Shown one piece after another: positions 8,498 through 16,980 of a DNA stretch of 44,612 nucleotides. A model generated the notes under the pieces. That model searched no databases and had not been told where the DNA came from. It saw nothing but the letters and a program-made list of their open reading frames with translations. Each line of letters opens with the position of its first letter. The stretch's first letter is position 1. The translations under genes and the position numbers were made by a program. Source of the DNA: Parcubacteria group bacterium (GTDB taxonomy: Bacteria > Patescibacteriota > Minisyncoccia > Phycocordibacterales > CALRHW01); assembly GCA_039740835.1 (NCBI GenBank), contig JBCLGW010000003.1, positions 1 through 44,612 of the forward strand. The letters are read 5' to 3'.

Positions 8498-10288
8498 TTA
8501 GTGCAATCCCATTTGATAATCATACAAACCCTTATAAACACCACCTTCAGATTTAATCAGGTCATCATGTCGTCCTTCTTCTACAATTTTGCCATCTTCA
8601 AAAACAAGAATCCGATCGGCTTTTCGAACTGTGCTTAGTCGATGAGCAATTATAAAAGTTGTCCTGCCTCGCATTAGTTCTTCAAATGATATAGCAATAA
8701 ATTGTTCAGTTTCTGCGTCAAGCGCACTCGTTGGCTCGTCAAGAATCAAAATTGCTGGATTTCTTAAAATAGCTCTTGCAATCGCAATTCGTTGTTTTTG
8801 ACCAACTGACAATTTTATACCTCGTTCACCAACAAGCTGTTCATATTTTTCTGGAAGTTTCTCAATAAACTCATGAGCGTGTGCTTTTTTTGCCGCTTCA
8901 ACAACCTCTTGATTTGTGGCATCAAGTTTTCCATATCGGATATTCATAATAATCGTGTCATTAAAAAGTACTGGTTCTTGTGGAACTATAGCAATATTGC
9001 TACGCAATGCGGTTAGGTCGAATTCTCTAGTGTTATGACCATCAATCAATACGGCACCATTTGTTGGGAAATAGTAGCCGGAGATAAGGTCAATAGTTGT
9101 ACTTTTACCAACCCCAGATTTACCAACAAACGCCACCCGCTCTCCTTGATGAACGCTGAAGTTTAGGTTGTGCAATACGGTGGCAGATTTGTCGTATGAA
9201 AATGAAACATTATTAAATTGTACATCCCCTTTAATTTTAGATGGGGTGTAAGCGTCTTTGGGGTGATAATTTTCTGGTTGTATATCAAATACTTTTTCTT
9301 CTGATTGCACCACGCTTACTAAACCGTTTTGAAGTGTTTGCCAACTGTGACCTAACATTACAAATGGCCCAAACAGCAAGGCGGCATACCCATTAAGTGC
9401 TACCAATTCACCAATACTAAGTTCTCCTTGTTGGATAAAGTAAACCGATAGGAAAAAAATTGATGCTTGGGTTACTAAAACAATCATTCTTTGATAAAAA
9501 TTGATGCTACTCCACATAAATTGAAGCTTATTCCAAATCTTTGTTGTATGACCCAGAAAACTTTCTTCAATCTTTTTTTTCTCGTATTCCTCGGCGGCCA
9601 TATGTTTGACCGATTGAATATTTGTAACAGTCTGAATAGCGTCCGCGTATGCGTTGGTCCATAATGAATGACCCTCTTCTAGAAGATTTGTTGTTGGCAT
9701 AACCAACCTTATCAACATCACAACGTAAACAAAAACTCCAGCGACAAGTACTAATGTAAAAAGTGGATTTATAAGAAATGTTACCGTCAAACCAACTAAC
9801 ATGCTTAGTATTTGAGGTGTTAAATTCACAAGAATTTCTTCCGCGATAGATGCTATCTGCCAACTCGTTTTAGATATAAGATCAGATAATTTACCAATCT
9901 TTTCATCTTTATGGAAAGAAATTGGAACAAAAAGCAAATGAGAAAAAGCCTTGCTCTGATAACCCAATTGCATAGTCATTCGAAGTGCGCGACCCTTTCG
10001 ATCAATAATCCAATCAACAATATTTGCCACAAGTTGTACAAAAACCCACAATATCAGCAGGGCAAGCCATGTGGCGATTGTAAGTTCTCCAAAGTTGAAT
10101 GTTCTCGAAAGATTTAGAATCGCATCGAGAAAAGAACCGACAATATACGGGACCGTACCATTTGCGAGAGCAGAAATAACCCCCAGACCACCCAATAAAA
10201 TAATTGATGGCTTGTAATCTTTTAGATGCTTGAATAATATTCCCCAAGCTTTCTTATTTTGTTTAATTTTCGTTGATTCTTTTTCCAT
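8498..10288 (-). CDS. ABC exporter, fused TMD-NBD (second paralog)
   Basis: GKSGVGKS, LSVGQ signature variant, LDEPT, AHRL. ATG at 10288 preferred over TTG at 10294. Confidence 0.92.
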   Translation of the reverse strand: MEKESTKIKQNKKAWGILFKHLKDYKPSIILLGGLGVISALANGTVPYIVGSFLDAILNLSRTFNFGELTIATWLALLILWVFVQLVANIVDWIIDRKGRALRMTMQLGYQSKAFSHLLFVPISFHKDEKIGKLSDLISKTSWQIASIAEEILVNLTPQILSMLVGLTVTFLINPLFTLVLVAGVFVYVVMLIRLVMPTTNLLEEGHSLWTNAYADAIQTVTNIQSVKHMAAEEYEKKKIEESFLGHTTKIWNKLQFMWSSINFYQRMIVLVTQASIFFLSVYFIQQGELSIGELVALNGYAALLFGPFVMLGHSWQTLQNGLVSVVQSEEKVFDIQPENYHPKDAYTPSKIKGDVQFNNVSFSYDKSATVLHNLNFSVHQGERVAFVGKSGVGKSTTIDLISGYYFPTNGAVLIDGHNTREFDLTALRSNIAIVPQEPVLFNDTIIMNIRYGKLDATNQEVVEAAKKAHAHEFIEKLPEKYEQLVGERGIKLSVGQKQRIAIARAILRNPAILILDEPTSALDAETEQFIAISFEELMRGRTTFIIAHRLSTVRKADRILVFEDGKIVEEGRHDDLIKSEGGVYKGLYDYQMGLH

Positions 10289-10304
10289 ATTCAATTCTAT
10301 TCTC

Positions 10305-10400
10305 TTATTTCAAAAGTTCGTCACTGGTAACTCCTAATACCTTAGCAATTTTCTCAATAGTTGCAAGCGTTGGATTACCTTTTCCGACTTCAAAAACCAA
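10305..10400 (-). pseudogene. C-terminal remnant of an XRE-family HTH regulator
   Basis: Manual translation (L)VFEVGKGNPTLATIEKIAKVLGVTSDELLK-stop matches the second half of HTH_3 domains; the upstream frame hits TGA and is not HTH-like. Confidence 0.7.
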
Positions 10401-10434
10401 CTTCGATTTCTGATTTGGCAGGAATTTCTCCCTT

Positions 10435-10467
10435 CAAGAGAAAACCACACTTGGAAGCGTGGTTTTC
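10435..10467 (-). terminator. Probable intrinsic terminator of the peptidoglycan-binding protein gene
   Basis: Minus strand GAAAACCACGC-TTCCAA-GTGTGGTTTTC then TCTT, 20 nt after the stop at 10487. Confidence 0.65.
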
Positions 10468-10486
10468 AAACTACAATTCTATAGTG

Positions 10487-11515
10487 CTACTGATTTACCG
10501 GAACAGTTACGCTACACGAACTATTTCCATAATAGTTGTAGATCAGGAGGGTTGCGCTCGGATTTCCGTAAACATTCGCCGTAGTTGAATATGACCCGTT
10601 CGTGTCATTTTTATCGCCAGAGAAATATAGATGATCTCTACCGGAGGTGTCCTGCTGGAATGTTGAGTATGTCGCGTTCTTGCTAGTCCATGAGAACACA
10701 ATATCCTCGCCAAGTTGGTATGAACTCTTGTTTGTGGTGAGTGAACACGATGGTGATGCGACAGAAACTGATATTGTTTTTTCAGCAGACGGCCCATCAT
10801 AGCCGGTGCCAGGATCATTTACGCACCAGAGACGATATGATGTTGTTTGCGAAGGTGAGACGACTTTCGAACCGTTGATACCGACGTTTTTCTCGCTAGA
10901 ACCATATTGCAAGACGCAACGATTCACATTTGTTGTACTCCACGAGAGCTTAGATTTTCTCTCTGCGCCAACAGTAGTAGGTGAAGCTTGAAACGATACA
11001 GTTGGTGATAATGGAGTTGTGTTTGTAATTGTTGTAATTACAGAATTAGCCGAACCACCACACGCCATCGCCGCACGAGTGCGCGGGCCAACATAACCAT
11101 AACCAGTTGTGTCTGGAGAACCGGAAGAAATAACACCGTTTTTTTCTTGCCATTCTCGCACTGCTGCTTCAGTCTTAGGCCCAAAGTAGCCGGTTATAAG
11201 TCCAGCGGGATAGATAGACGCATCTTGTGCAAGGAACTGTTGAAGTTTGGTCACCTCGCCATTCGTCCTAGCGTCTACCTGATCAGCATAGAGATTATAA
11301 GAGAGCGAAAGACACGCGCTTGCACTTGCGGGTTGTCCCTGCAACTGTGTGACCTGCGCTCGGAGCGCTTTAATCTGAGCGAGTAAATCTTTGATTTGAG
11401 CGGCAACGTCTGTTGTCTGTGCAAAAGTTGGAGTCGCAAAGCCAATGGACACAAAAACTGCGAGCGTCAAGAATCCTGTGGTGATATATTTTTTCATAGT
11501 CAATTGTTTATTCAT
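10487..11515 (-). CDS. Secreted peptidoglycan-binding-domain protein with two beta-rich C-terminal modules
   Basis: Signal peptide (ATPTFA|Q), short coiled coil, EVTKLQQFL..TGYFGPKTEAAVREWQ..GYVGPRTRA. Start ATG at 11515 or 11497. Confidence 0.85.
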   Translation of the reverse strand: MNKQLTMKKYITTGFLTLAVFVSIGFATPTFAQTTDVAAQIKDLLAQIKALRAQVTQLQGQPASASACLSLSYNLYADQVDARTNGEVTKLQQFLAQDASIYPAGLITGYFGPKTEAAVREWQEKNGVISSGSPDTTGYGYVGPRTRAAMACGGSANSVITTITNTTPLSPTVSFQASPTTVGAERKSKLSWSTTNVNRCVLQYGSSEKNVGINGSKVVSPSQTTSYRLWCVNDPGTGYDGPSAEKTISVSVASPSCSLTTNKSSYQLGEDIVFSWTSKNATYSTFQQDTSGRDHLYFSGDKNDTNGSYSTTANVYGNPSATLLIYNYYGNSSCSVTVPVNQ

Positions 11516-11520
11516 AATAT

Positions 11521-12030
11521 TTATTTTACCCAACCAATAAATTTAAAATTAATAGAATCTAACCCGTTTAATTTTTTCGAACGATTGTCTTTGAATATAG
11601 TATACCCAAAGTTCTTACCAGAACCAAATAACTCAAATACTTCGTTATACTGGTATTTTACAATGTATCCATCAGGGGATGACGGCCCTGGATCAATATT
11701 GAAATTTTTTGCCTCATTCCAATCAACTTGGCGTATGGAGTTACTCTTTACATCATATAAATACATTGGTATATTACCTTCTTTATATAGAACTCCTTGG
11801 ATTACTGGAAAAGGACTTAATGAAAGACGATTGCCCACTACTACATATGTATTTGAGTAGTTAGTGTAGTATTTGGGGTAGTAAAATTCAAGATTTGAAT
11901 CTAAATATAAAAAGTTATATTGAGGTTTTATAAAAAAAGATGGTGTAAAAATTATTATTAAAATTGCCAAAATAAAAATGACTGGCAACGCAATCCCAAT
12001 AAGTAAAGGGATATTTTTTGTTATTTTCAT
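11521..12030 (-). CDS. Hypothetical membrane-anchored protein
   Basis: 169-aa ORF, N-terminal TM, PQYNFLY and SPDGY motifs; co-oriented with neighbours. Confidence 0.7.
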   Translation of the reverse strand: MKITKNIPLLIGIALPVIFILAILIIIFTPSFFIKPQYNFLYLDSNLEFYYPKYYTNYSNTYVVVGNRLSLSPFPVIQGVLYKEGNIPMYLYDVKSNSIRQVDWNEAKNFNIDPGPSSPDGYIVKYQYNEVFELFGSGKNFGYTIFKDNRSKKLNGLDSINFKFIGWVK

Positions 12031-12059
12031 ATAATTTTACTATAAAGCAAAAAACTAAT

Positions 12060-13043
12060 TTAAAGATTTACCGTTGGAACTGTTGGACGCTCTGGGGTTA
12101 TATCCGATTGTGCCGAAAGTTGCTGTTTAACCTGTTCCGTGTAGCTACTTAAATCGGGTTGATTTTCTATCAATCGAAGAATTTGTCGTAAATCTTCATT
12201 TCTGAATTCAACACTTTGTATGCCTATCATATACAATAAACTATCCATAGAAGCTTTACGTACTTCAAGTGGTGCGTACATCAATGAGCTTTTAAGTCTG
12301 TGAGTAAATCTCGCTACACACAAATTCATATTTTGTATTCCTTCATCTATGCCCTTTTTACATATACTCACATCATCGCTTGCGTAGGCGACTTCAATAT
12401 AACAACCTGTTTGAGAACTTGAATCTCTAATTTTTTTACAAATAGAAACGTCTAATTTAAGTGTGGCCATCGCACGAAAACATCCATCTTTATAACCCTT
12501 GTGGAACATAGCCGAATTACTACTAACTGACAGAATAAGAGAACAAAGATTTTCATTTTTTGAAGCTTTGGAAAAAGCGGAAACAGCATGGTTATAAAAA
12601 AATAGGATTAAAATAATTACAACGGAAATACTACTTAGTAGAATAATCGGTTTTATATTGTAATCATATTCAGAACTATATTTTCTTTTGATAGATAAAA
12701 TAATTCCCAATATTAAACTAATAAGAAAGACCGTGCTCGTGACTACAGCTAAAGCTATTGAAGCTATGCCCCACGCATCAAGAAATACATTTCTTCCTAT
12801 GAACCAGAAAAATATTATTAAAGAGAAAACGAGAAAACTAAATATAAAACTAAAATATACTTTTGATTGAAGAGAATTTCTCGATTTAGTTATCTCGTTT
12901 ATTTTGGATATGCTAATCACTAGACCTGTAGCCAAAAGGGGAATAAGGACATAACCAATCAATGAAAATGCGTTCGATCCAAACATCAACAACAAAACTG
13001 CGAACATACCAACCGCAGGATAAAATATTTTATTCTTATTCAT
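12060..13043 (-). CDS. Hypothetical polytopic membrane protein with Cys-spaced repeats
   Basis: About five TM segments followed by repeats of the form C...(M/V)A....DVSICK. Confidence 0.7.
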   Translation of the reverse strand: MNKNKIFYPAVGMFAVLLLMFGSNAFSLIGYVLIPLLATGLVISISKINEITKSRNSLQSKVYFSFIFSFLVFSLIIFFWFIGRNVFLDAWGIASIALAVVTSTVFLISLILGIILSIKRKYSSEYDYNIKPIILLSSISVVIILILFFYNHAVSAFSKASKNENLCSLILSVSSNSAMFHKGYKDGCFRAMATLKLDVSICKKIRDSSSQTGCYIEVAYASDDVSICKKGIDEGIQNMNLCVARFTHRLKSSLMYAPLEVRKASMDSLLYMIGIQSVEFRNEDLRQILRLIENQPDLSSYTEQVKQQLSAQSDITPERPTVPTVNL

Positions 13044-13124
13044 ATAATTAATAATAACTTTATTTTATTAAATCATCAACGCTTACACCAAGGGCTTTCG
13101 GCTTCCAAATGCGATTTCAAATTT

Positions 13125-13214
13125 TGGCGGAAAGGGAGGGATTCGAACCCTCGATACCCTTACGAGCATACCACCTTTCCAGGGTGGCCCATTCAACCGC
13201 TCTGGCACCTTTCC
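13125..13214 (-). tRNA. tRNA-Ser(GGA)
   Basis: GGAAAGG acceptor stem, anticodon arm CCACC-CTGGAAA-GGTGG, long variable arm, GGTTCGAATCC, G73 and encoded CCA. Confidence 0.97.
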
Positions 13215-13229
13215 AATATACAGAACAAA

Positions 13230-14141
13230 CTATACCCCATCCTTCATCCCCCGCAAAATGGCAACACGCTGTGCAGCTGGTGGATGAGTCATGAAAAGTT
13301 TGGAAAGTTTTTTGCCACTTCCGCTTGCTCCAAATGGGTTTGAAATAAACATATGTGCGGTGGCGTTGTTGGCGCGTTTCATTGGCTGATGAGCGCCGGC
13401 AGAAGAAATTTTTTCAAGAGCACTTGCAAGTCCCTCTGGATATCGAGTGAGGAGTGCGCCAGAAGCGTCGGCGAGAAATTCTCGTTTGCGAGAAATAGCG
13501 AGCTGGATGATGAGCGCTATTATCGGCGTAAGTATTGCAAGCACAATACCAACAATCATCATTATCTGCCCAGCGCCACCTCTATCATTACTATTTCGTC
13601 CTCCACCAAAAAAAGACATTCGCAAAAACATATCTGAAAGAAGTGCGACAAAACCAACGAGCACGACAATGACAGTTGAAAGCAACATATCTCTATTTCC
13701 AATGTGCGCAAGCTCATGCGCGACCACTCCCTCTAGCTCGGTGCGATCTAAAATCTGCAAAAGTCCTGTCGTCACTGCGACGACAGCGTGTTTTTTATTT
13801 CGTCCTGTCGCAAAAGCGTTTGGTGACGGGTCGGTGATGATGTAGAGCTTTGGCATCGGCAAGCCCGCAGTGATAGATAGATTTTCTACAACATTCCAAA
13901 GCTCGCGATGCTCTTCGCGCGTCGCCGGCACAGCGCGATACATTTTTAAAACAATTTTGTCTGAAAACCAATACGCGCTGATATTCATCACGATGCTAAA
14001 AATAACTGCGAAATACAAAATCCCCGGCTGTTCGTACGCTACACCAAAAAAGTATCCGAGCGCAATGACTACGACAAAAAACGCCGTCATCAACGCCCAA
14101 GTTTTAAAAATATTTGAGCTTTGGTGTTTGTAGATGTTCAT
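13230..14141 (-). CDS. htpX: M48-family membrane zinc metalloprotease HtpX
   Basis: PNAFATG, AHELAH, SRKREFLAD, THPP; downstream of lemA. Confidence 0.93.
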   Translation of the reverse strand: MNIYKHQSSNIFKTWALMTAFFVVVIALGYFFGVAYEQPGILYFAVIFSIVMNISAYWFSDKIVLKMYRAVPATREEHRELWNVVENLSITAGLPMPKLYIITDPSPNAFATGRNKKHAVVAVTTGLLQILDRTELEGVVAHELAHIGNRDMLLSTVIVVLVGFVALLSDMFLRMSFFGGGRNSNDRGGAGQIMMIVGIVLAILTPIIALIIQLAISRKREFLADASGALLTRYPEGLASALEKISSAGAHQPMKRANNATAHMFISNPFGASGSGKKLSKLFMTHPPAAQRVAILRGMKDGV

Positions 14142-14156
14142 ATTTCACCAAAAAAA

Positions 14157-14705
14157 CTAAAACTTCACAGCTACTGGCTTTTGTGCCACAGAATCGTCTG
14201 GCAGGTCAAAGAGTTCCATTTTTGAAAACTTAAATATGCTTGCTACCATATTCCCGGGGAAAGATTCAACACCGATGTTTAGGTCGCGGACATTTGTATT
14301 GTAAAATCGTCGTGATGCCTGCACTTTATTTTCTGTGTCAGAAAGCTCGCGCTGAAGCTCGAGAAAATTTTGATTTGCTTTTAAGTCTGGATACGCTTCG
14401 GCAACAGCAAAAATGGTTTTGAGCGCACCAGTAAGCATATTTTCTGCTTTTCCTTTTTCCTCTACACTCTGCGCGCCCATAGCAGCTGCTCGCGCTTTTG
14501 TAACATCTTCAAAAGCACGTTTTTCGTGCATGGCATAACCCTGCACAGTACTGACAAGATTTGGGATAAGGTCATATCGGCGTTTTAGCTGAACCTCTAT
14601 ATCAGACCACGCTTCTTTTGCGCGATTTACGAGACGCACAAATCCGTTGTAGGAAAAAATAAACCAGAAAACAATGACTGCAATGACTGCTAAAATTATA
14701 TACAT
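14157..14705 (-). CDS. lemA: LemA family protein
   Basis: N-terminal TM, WSDIEVQLKRRYDLIPNL, EAYPDLKAN, RRFYN. Confidence 0.95.
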   Translation of the reverse strand: MYIILAVIAVIVFWFIFSYNGFVRLVNRAKEAWSDIEVQLKRRYDLIPNLVSTVQGYAMHEKRAFEDVTKARAAAMGAQSVEEKGKAENMLTGALKTIFAVAEAYPDLKANQNFLELQRELSDTENKVQASRRFYNTNVRDLNIGVESFPGNMVASIFKFSKMELFDLPDDSVAQKPVAVKF

Positions 14706-14735
14706 ATTTTTATGGCTTTAATAATTAAGAACTGT

Positions 14736-14744
14736 ATTATAGCA
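14736..14744 (-). promoter_or_regulatory. Extended -10 promoter of lemA-htpX
   Basis: TGCTATAAT on the minus strand, 30 nt upstream of the lemA ATG. Confidence 0.6.
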
Positions 14745-14754
14745 CAAATCCTCA

Positions 14755-14789
14755 TTACAAAAACACCCCCTTTCGAGGTGTTTTTGTAA
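14755..14789. terminator. Bidirectional terminator-like hairpin between divergent lemA and secG
   Basis: TTACAAAAACACC-N9-GGTGTTTTTGTAA, a 13-bp inverted repeat with T-tracts on both strands. Confidence 0.55.
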
Positions 14790-14853
14790 GTTTAAATTGG
14801 GACGAGCTGGACTATAGACTATTACAAAGCAAGTTTGGGGTAGTACAAATAGG

Positions 14854-14881
14854 TTGCTTTATTTCGCCAAGTTTGTATAAT
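14854..14881 (+). promoter_or_regulatory. Sigma70-type promoter of secG (leaderless geometry)
   Basis: TTGCTT-N16-TATAAT-N7-ATG. Confidence 0.7.
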
Positions 14882-14888
14882 CTTTCAA

Positions 14889-15125
14889 ATGAGCTTTGTT
14901 GCTTCTATATTACCGTATGCACAGGTCGTGCTATCTATAGTGTTAATCATATTGATCATAACCCAAAGATCAGAGGCTGGCCTTGGTGGCGCTTTTGGTG
15001 GTGGTGATGGTTTTTCTAGCGGTTTCCACACACGACGGGGTTTGGAAAAAACCCTTTTCAACGGAACAATTGTTGTTGCTGCACTTTTCGTCATTGCCTC
15101 ATTTCTTTCGTTTTTTACGCGATAA
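14889..15125 (+). CDS. secG: Preprotein translocase subunit SecG
   Basis: 78 aa, two TM segments around Q...AGLGGAFGGG, TRRGLEK.L. Confidence 0.92.
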   Translation: MSFVASILPYAQVVLSIVLIILIITQRSEAGLGGAFGGGDGFSSGFHTRRGLEKTLFNGTIVVAALFVIASFLSFFTR

Positions 15126-15200
15126 ATTTCTCTATCAACATTATACAAAATCAATATAACTTATAACTAAAGTTTTTTTAGTTGTTTACACTATCTTTAT

Positions 15201-16946
15201 ATGACATCTCGAAACCGTGTGCTCGGTCTGTTTTCAAAAAAAATCTCTACTGCGATAAAAACATTTTCTTTAACAGAAAGAAGTATCTTTTTGGTATCTC
15301 TTTTTGTGGCGTTGTTTAGTTGTCTTTTTATATTTTGGAACATAAATAACTCTTTTCTGGCAGATGTCCCGCGTCGTGGTGGAACACTTACCGAGGGCAT
15401 TGTCGGTTCTCCGCGTTTTATAAATCCCCTTTTAGCAACATCTGATGCAGATGAAGACCTGACTTCGCTCGTGTACTCAGGTCTGCTACGCACAACTCAA
15501 AGCGGTAAACTCATAAATGACTTGAGTAAAGAATATTCTATTTCTGAAAACGGTTTAGAATACACAGTTACTTTGAAAGACAATATATATTTTCATGATG
15601 GCGAGCCGGTCACAGCAAACGACGTTATCTTTACTGTAAAATCAGCTCGCGACGGAATGATAAAAAGTCCAAAACGCATAAATTGGGAAGGTACTACTGT
15701 AGAAAAAATAGACGATAAACAAATTAAGTTTATACTAAAACAACCATATGCTCCTTTTATAGAAAACCTTACTCTAGGTATTTTGCCAGAACACATTTGG
15801 ATAGGACTCGACGTGGATCAGTTTTCTGCAAGTCTATTTAATACAGAACCTATCGGCTCAGGACCTTATAAAGTCACAAAAGTAAAAAGAAACTCTGGTG
15901 GCCTGCCTGTGTCATATCAGCTTTCACCTTTTAAAAAATATGCGCTCGGTGAGCCGTACATAAAAAATATCATATTGAAATTTTACACAAATCTAGAAAA
16001 TGCCATAAAAGCATACAAAAGTGGTGACATAGACAGCATCAGTAGTATTCCGCCCCAAAAAATATCTGAGATTTTGGGAAAAAATGCGCAGGTAATAAAA
16101 TCTTCCCTACCTCGCGTTTTCGGAGTATTTTTTAATCAGAGCCAAGCTCCGGTTTTGATAAACAAAGAAGTACGCACAGCTTTAAATATCGCGCTAGACA
16201 AAGAAAGAATCGTAAGAGAAGTTTTGAATGGCTATGGCACAGCGATAGACGGACCTTTGCCAGTAAATTATATAAAAAGCGAAAAAGCCACAACTAGCCC
16301 AAATGTGGCCGAGGAAAATTCTAGAATTGACAGCGCAATATCACTTCTCACAAAAAATGGCTGGGTTTTAAATGCCGAAACTGGCACGATGGAAAAAAAG
16401 ACTAAAACAAGCAAGACTGAGCTTTCTTTTTCAATTTCTACAGGAGATGCACCAGAGCTCAAACAAACAGCCCTCATCATCCAAGATGAATGGAGAAAAA
16501 TTGGTGCAAAGGTAGACATCAAAATTTTTGAAACAAGCGACCTCAACCAAAACATTATCCGCCCAAGAAAATATGATGCCCTACTTTTTGGAGAGATAAT
16601 CGGGCGAGACTTTGACCTTTATCCATTTTGGCATTCATCACAACGCAACGACCCAGGGCTAAACATTGCAATGTATGTAAATATCAAAGCCGACAAACTA
16701 CTCGAGGATATGCGAGCGACAACCGACAAAAAGTTGCAAGAAGAAAAGTATCGAAGTTTTGAAAATTTGATAAAAGATGATGTGCCAGCAGTATTTACGT
16801 ACTCCCCAGATTTCATTTATTTGATGCCTGAAAAAATCCGCGATGTAGAGCTTGGTGAAGCGACAATACCAGCAGAAAGATTTGCAAATGTATTTCAGTG
16901 GTACATAGAAACAAATAAAGTTTGGAAAATATTCACAAAAAATTAA
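15201..16946 (+). CDS. Membrane-anchored OppA/DppA-type (family 5) solute-binding protein
   Basis: GGTLTEG, INPLL, FHDGEPVTANDVIFT, PIGSGPY, WHSSQ. Confidence 0.88.
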   Translation: MTSRNRVLGLFSKKISTAIKTFSLTERSIFLVSLFVALFSCLFIFWNINNSFLADVPRRGGTLTEGIVGSPRFINPLLATSDADEDLTSLVYSGLLRTTQSGKLINDLSKEYSISENGLEYTVTLKDNIYFHDGEPVTANDVIFTVKSARDGMIKSPKRINWEGTTVEKIDDKQIKFILKQPYAPFIENLTLGILPEHIWIGLDVDQFSASLFNTEPIGSGPYKVTKVKRNSGGLPVSYQLSPFKKYALGEPYIKNIILKFYTNLENAIKAYKSGDIDSISSIPPQKISEILGKNAQVIKSSLPRVFGVFFNQSQAPVLINKEVRTALNIALDKERIVREVLNGYGTAIDGPLPVNYIKSEKATTSPNVAEENSRIDSAISLLTKNGWVLNAETGTMEKKTKTSKTELSFSISTGDAPELKQTALIIQDEWRKIGAKVDIKIFETSDLNQNIIRPRKYDALLFGEIIGRDFDLYPFWHSSQRNDPGLNIAMYVNIKADKLLEDMRATTDKKLQEEKYRSFENLIKDDVPAVFTYSPDFIYLMPEKIRDVELGEATIPAERFANVFQWYIETNKVWKIFTKN

Positions 16947-16980
16947 CAAAAAAATTAAAATTATAAACATTAAAAATATT

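Noticed and set aside
13109-13294. 61-aa ORF MRFQILAEREGFEPS
   Set aside because: It is the antisense translation of tRNA-Ser.
14790-14822. Possible preQ1-I riboswitch upstream of the orphan terminator
   Set aside because: No P1 stem can form and the downstream gene (lemA) is unrelated to queuosine.
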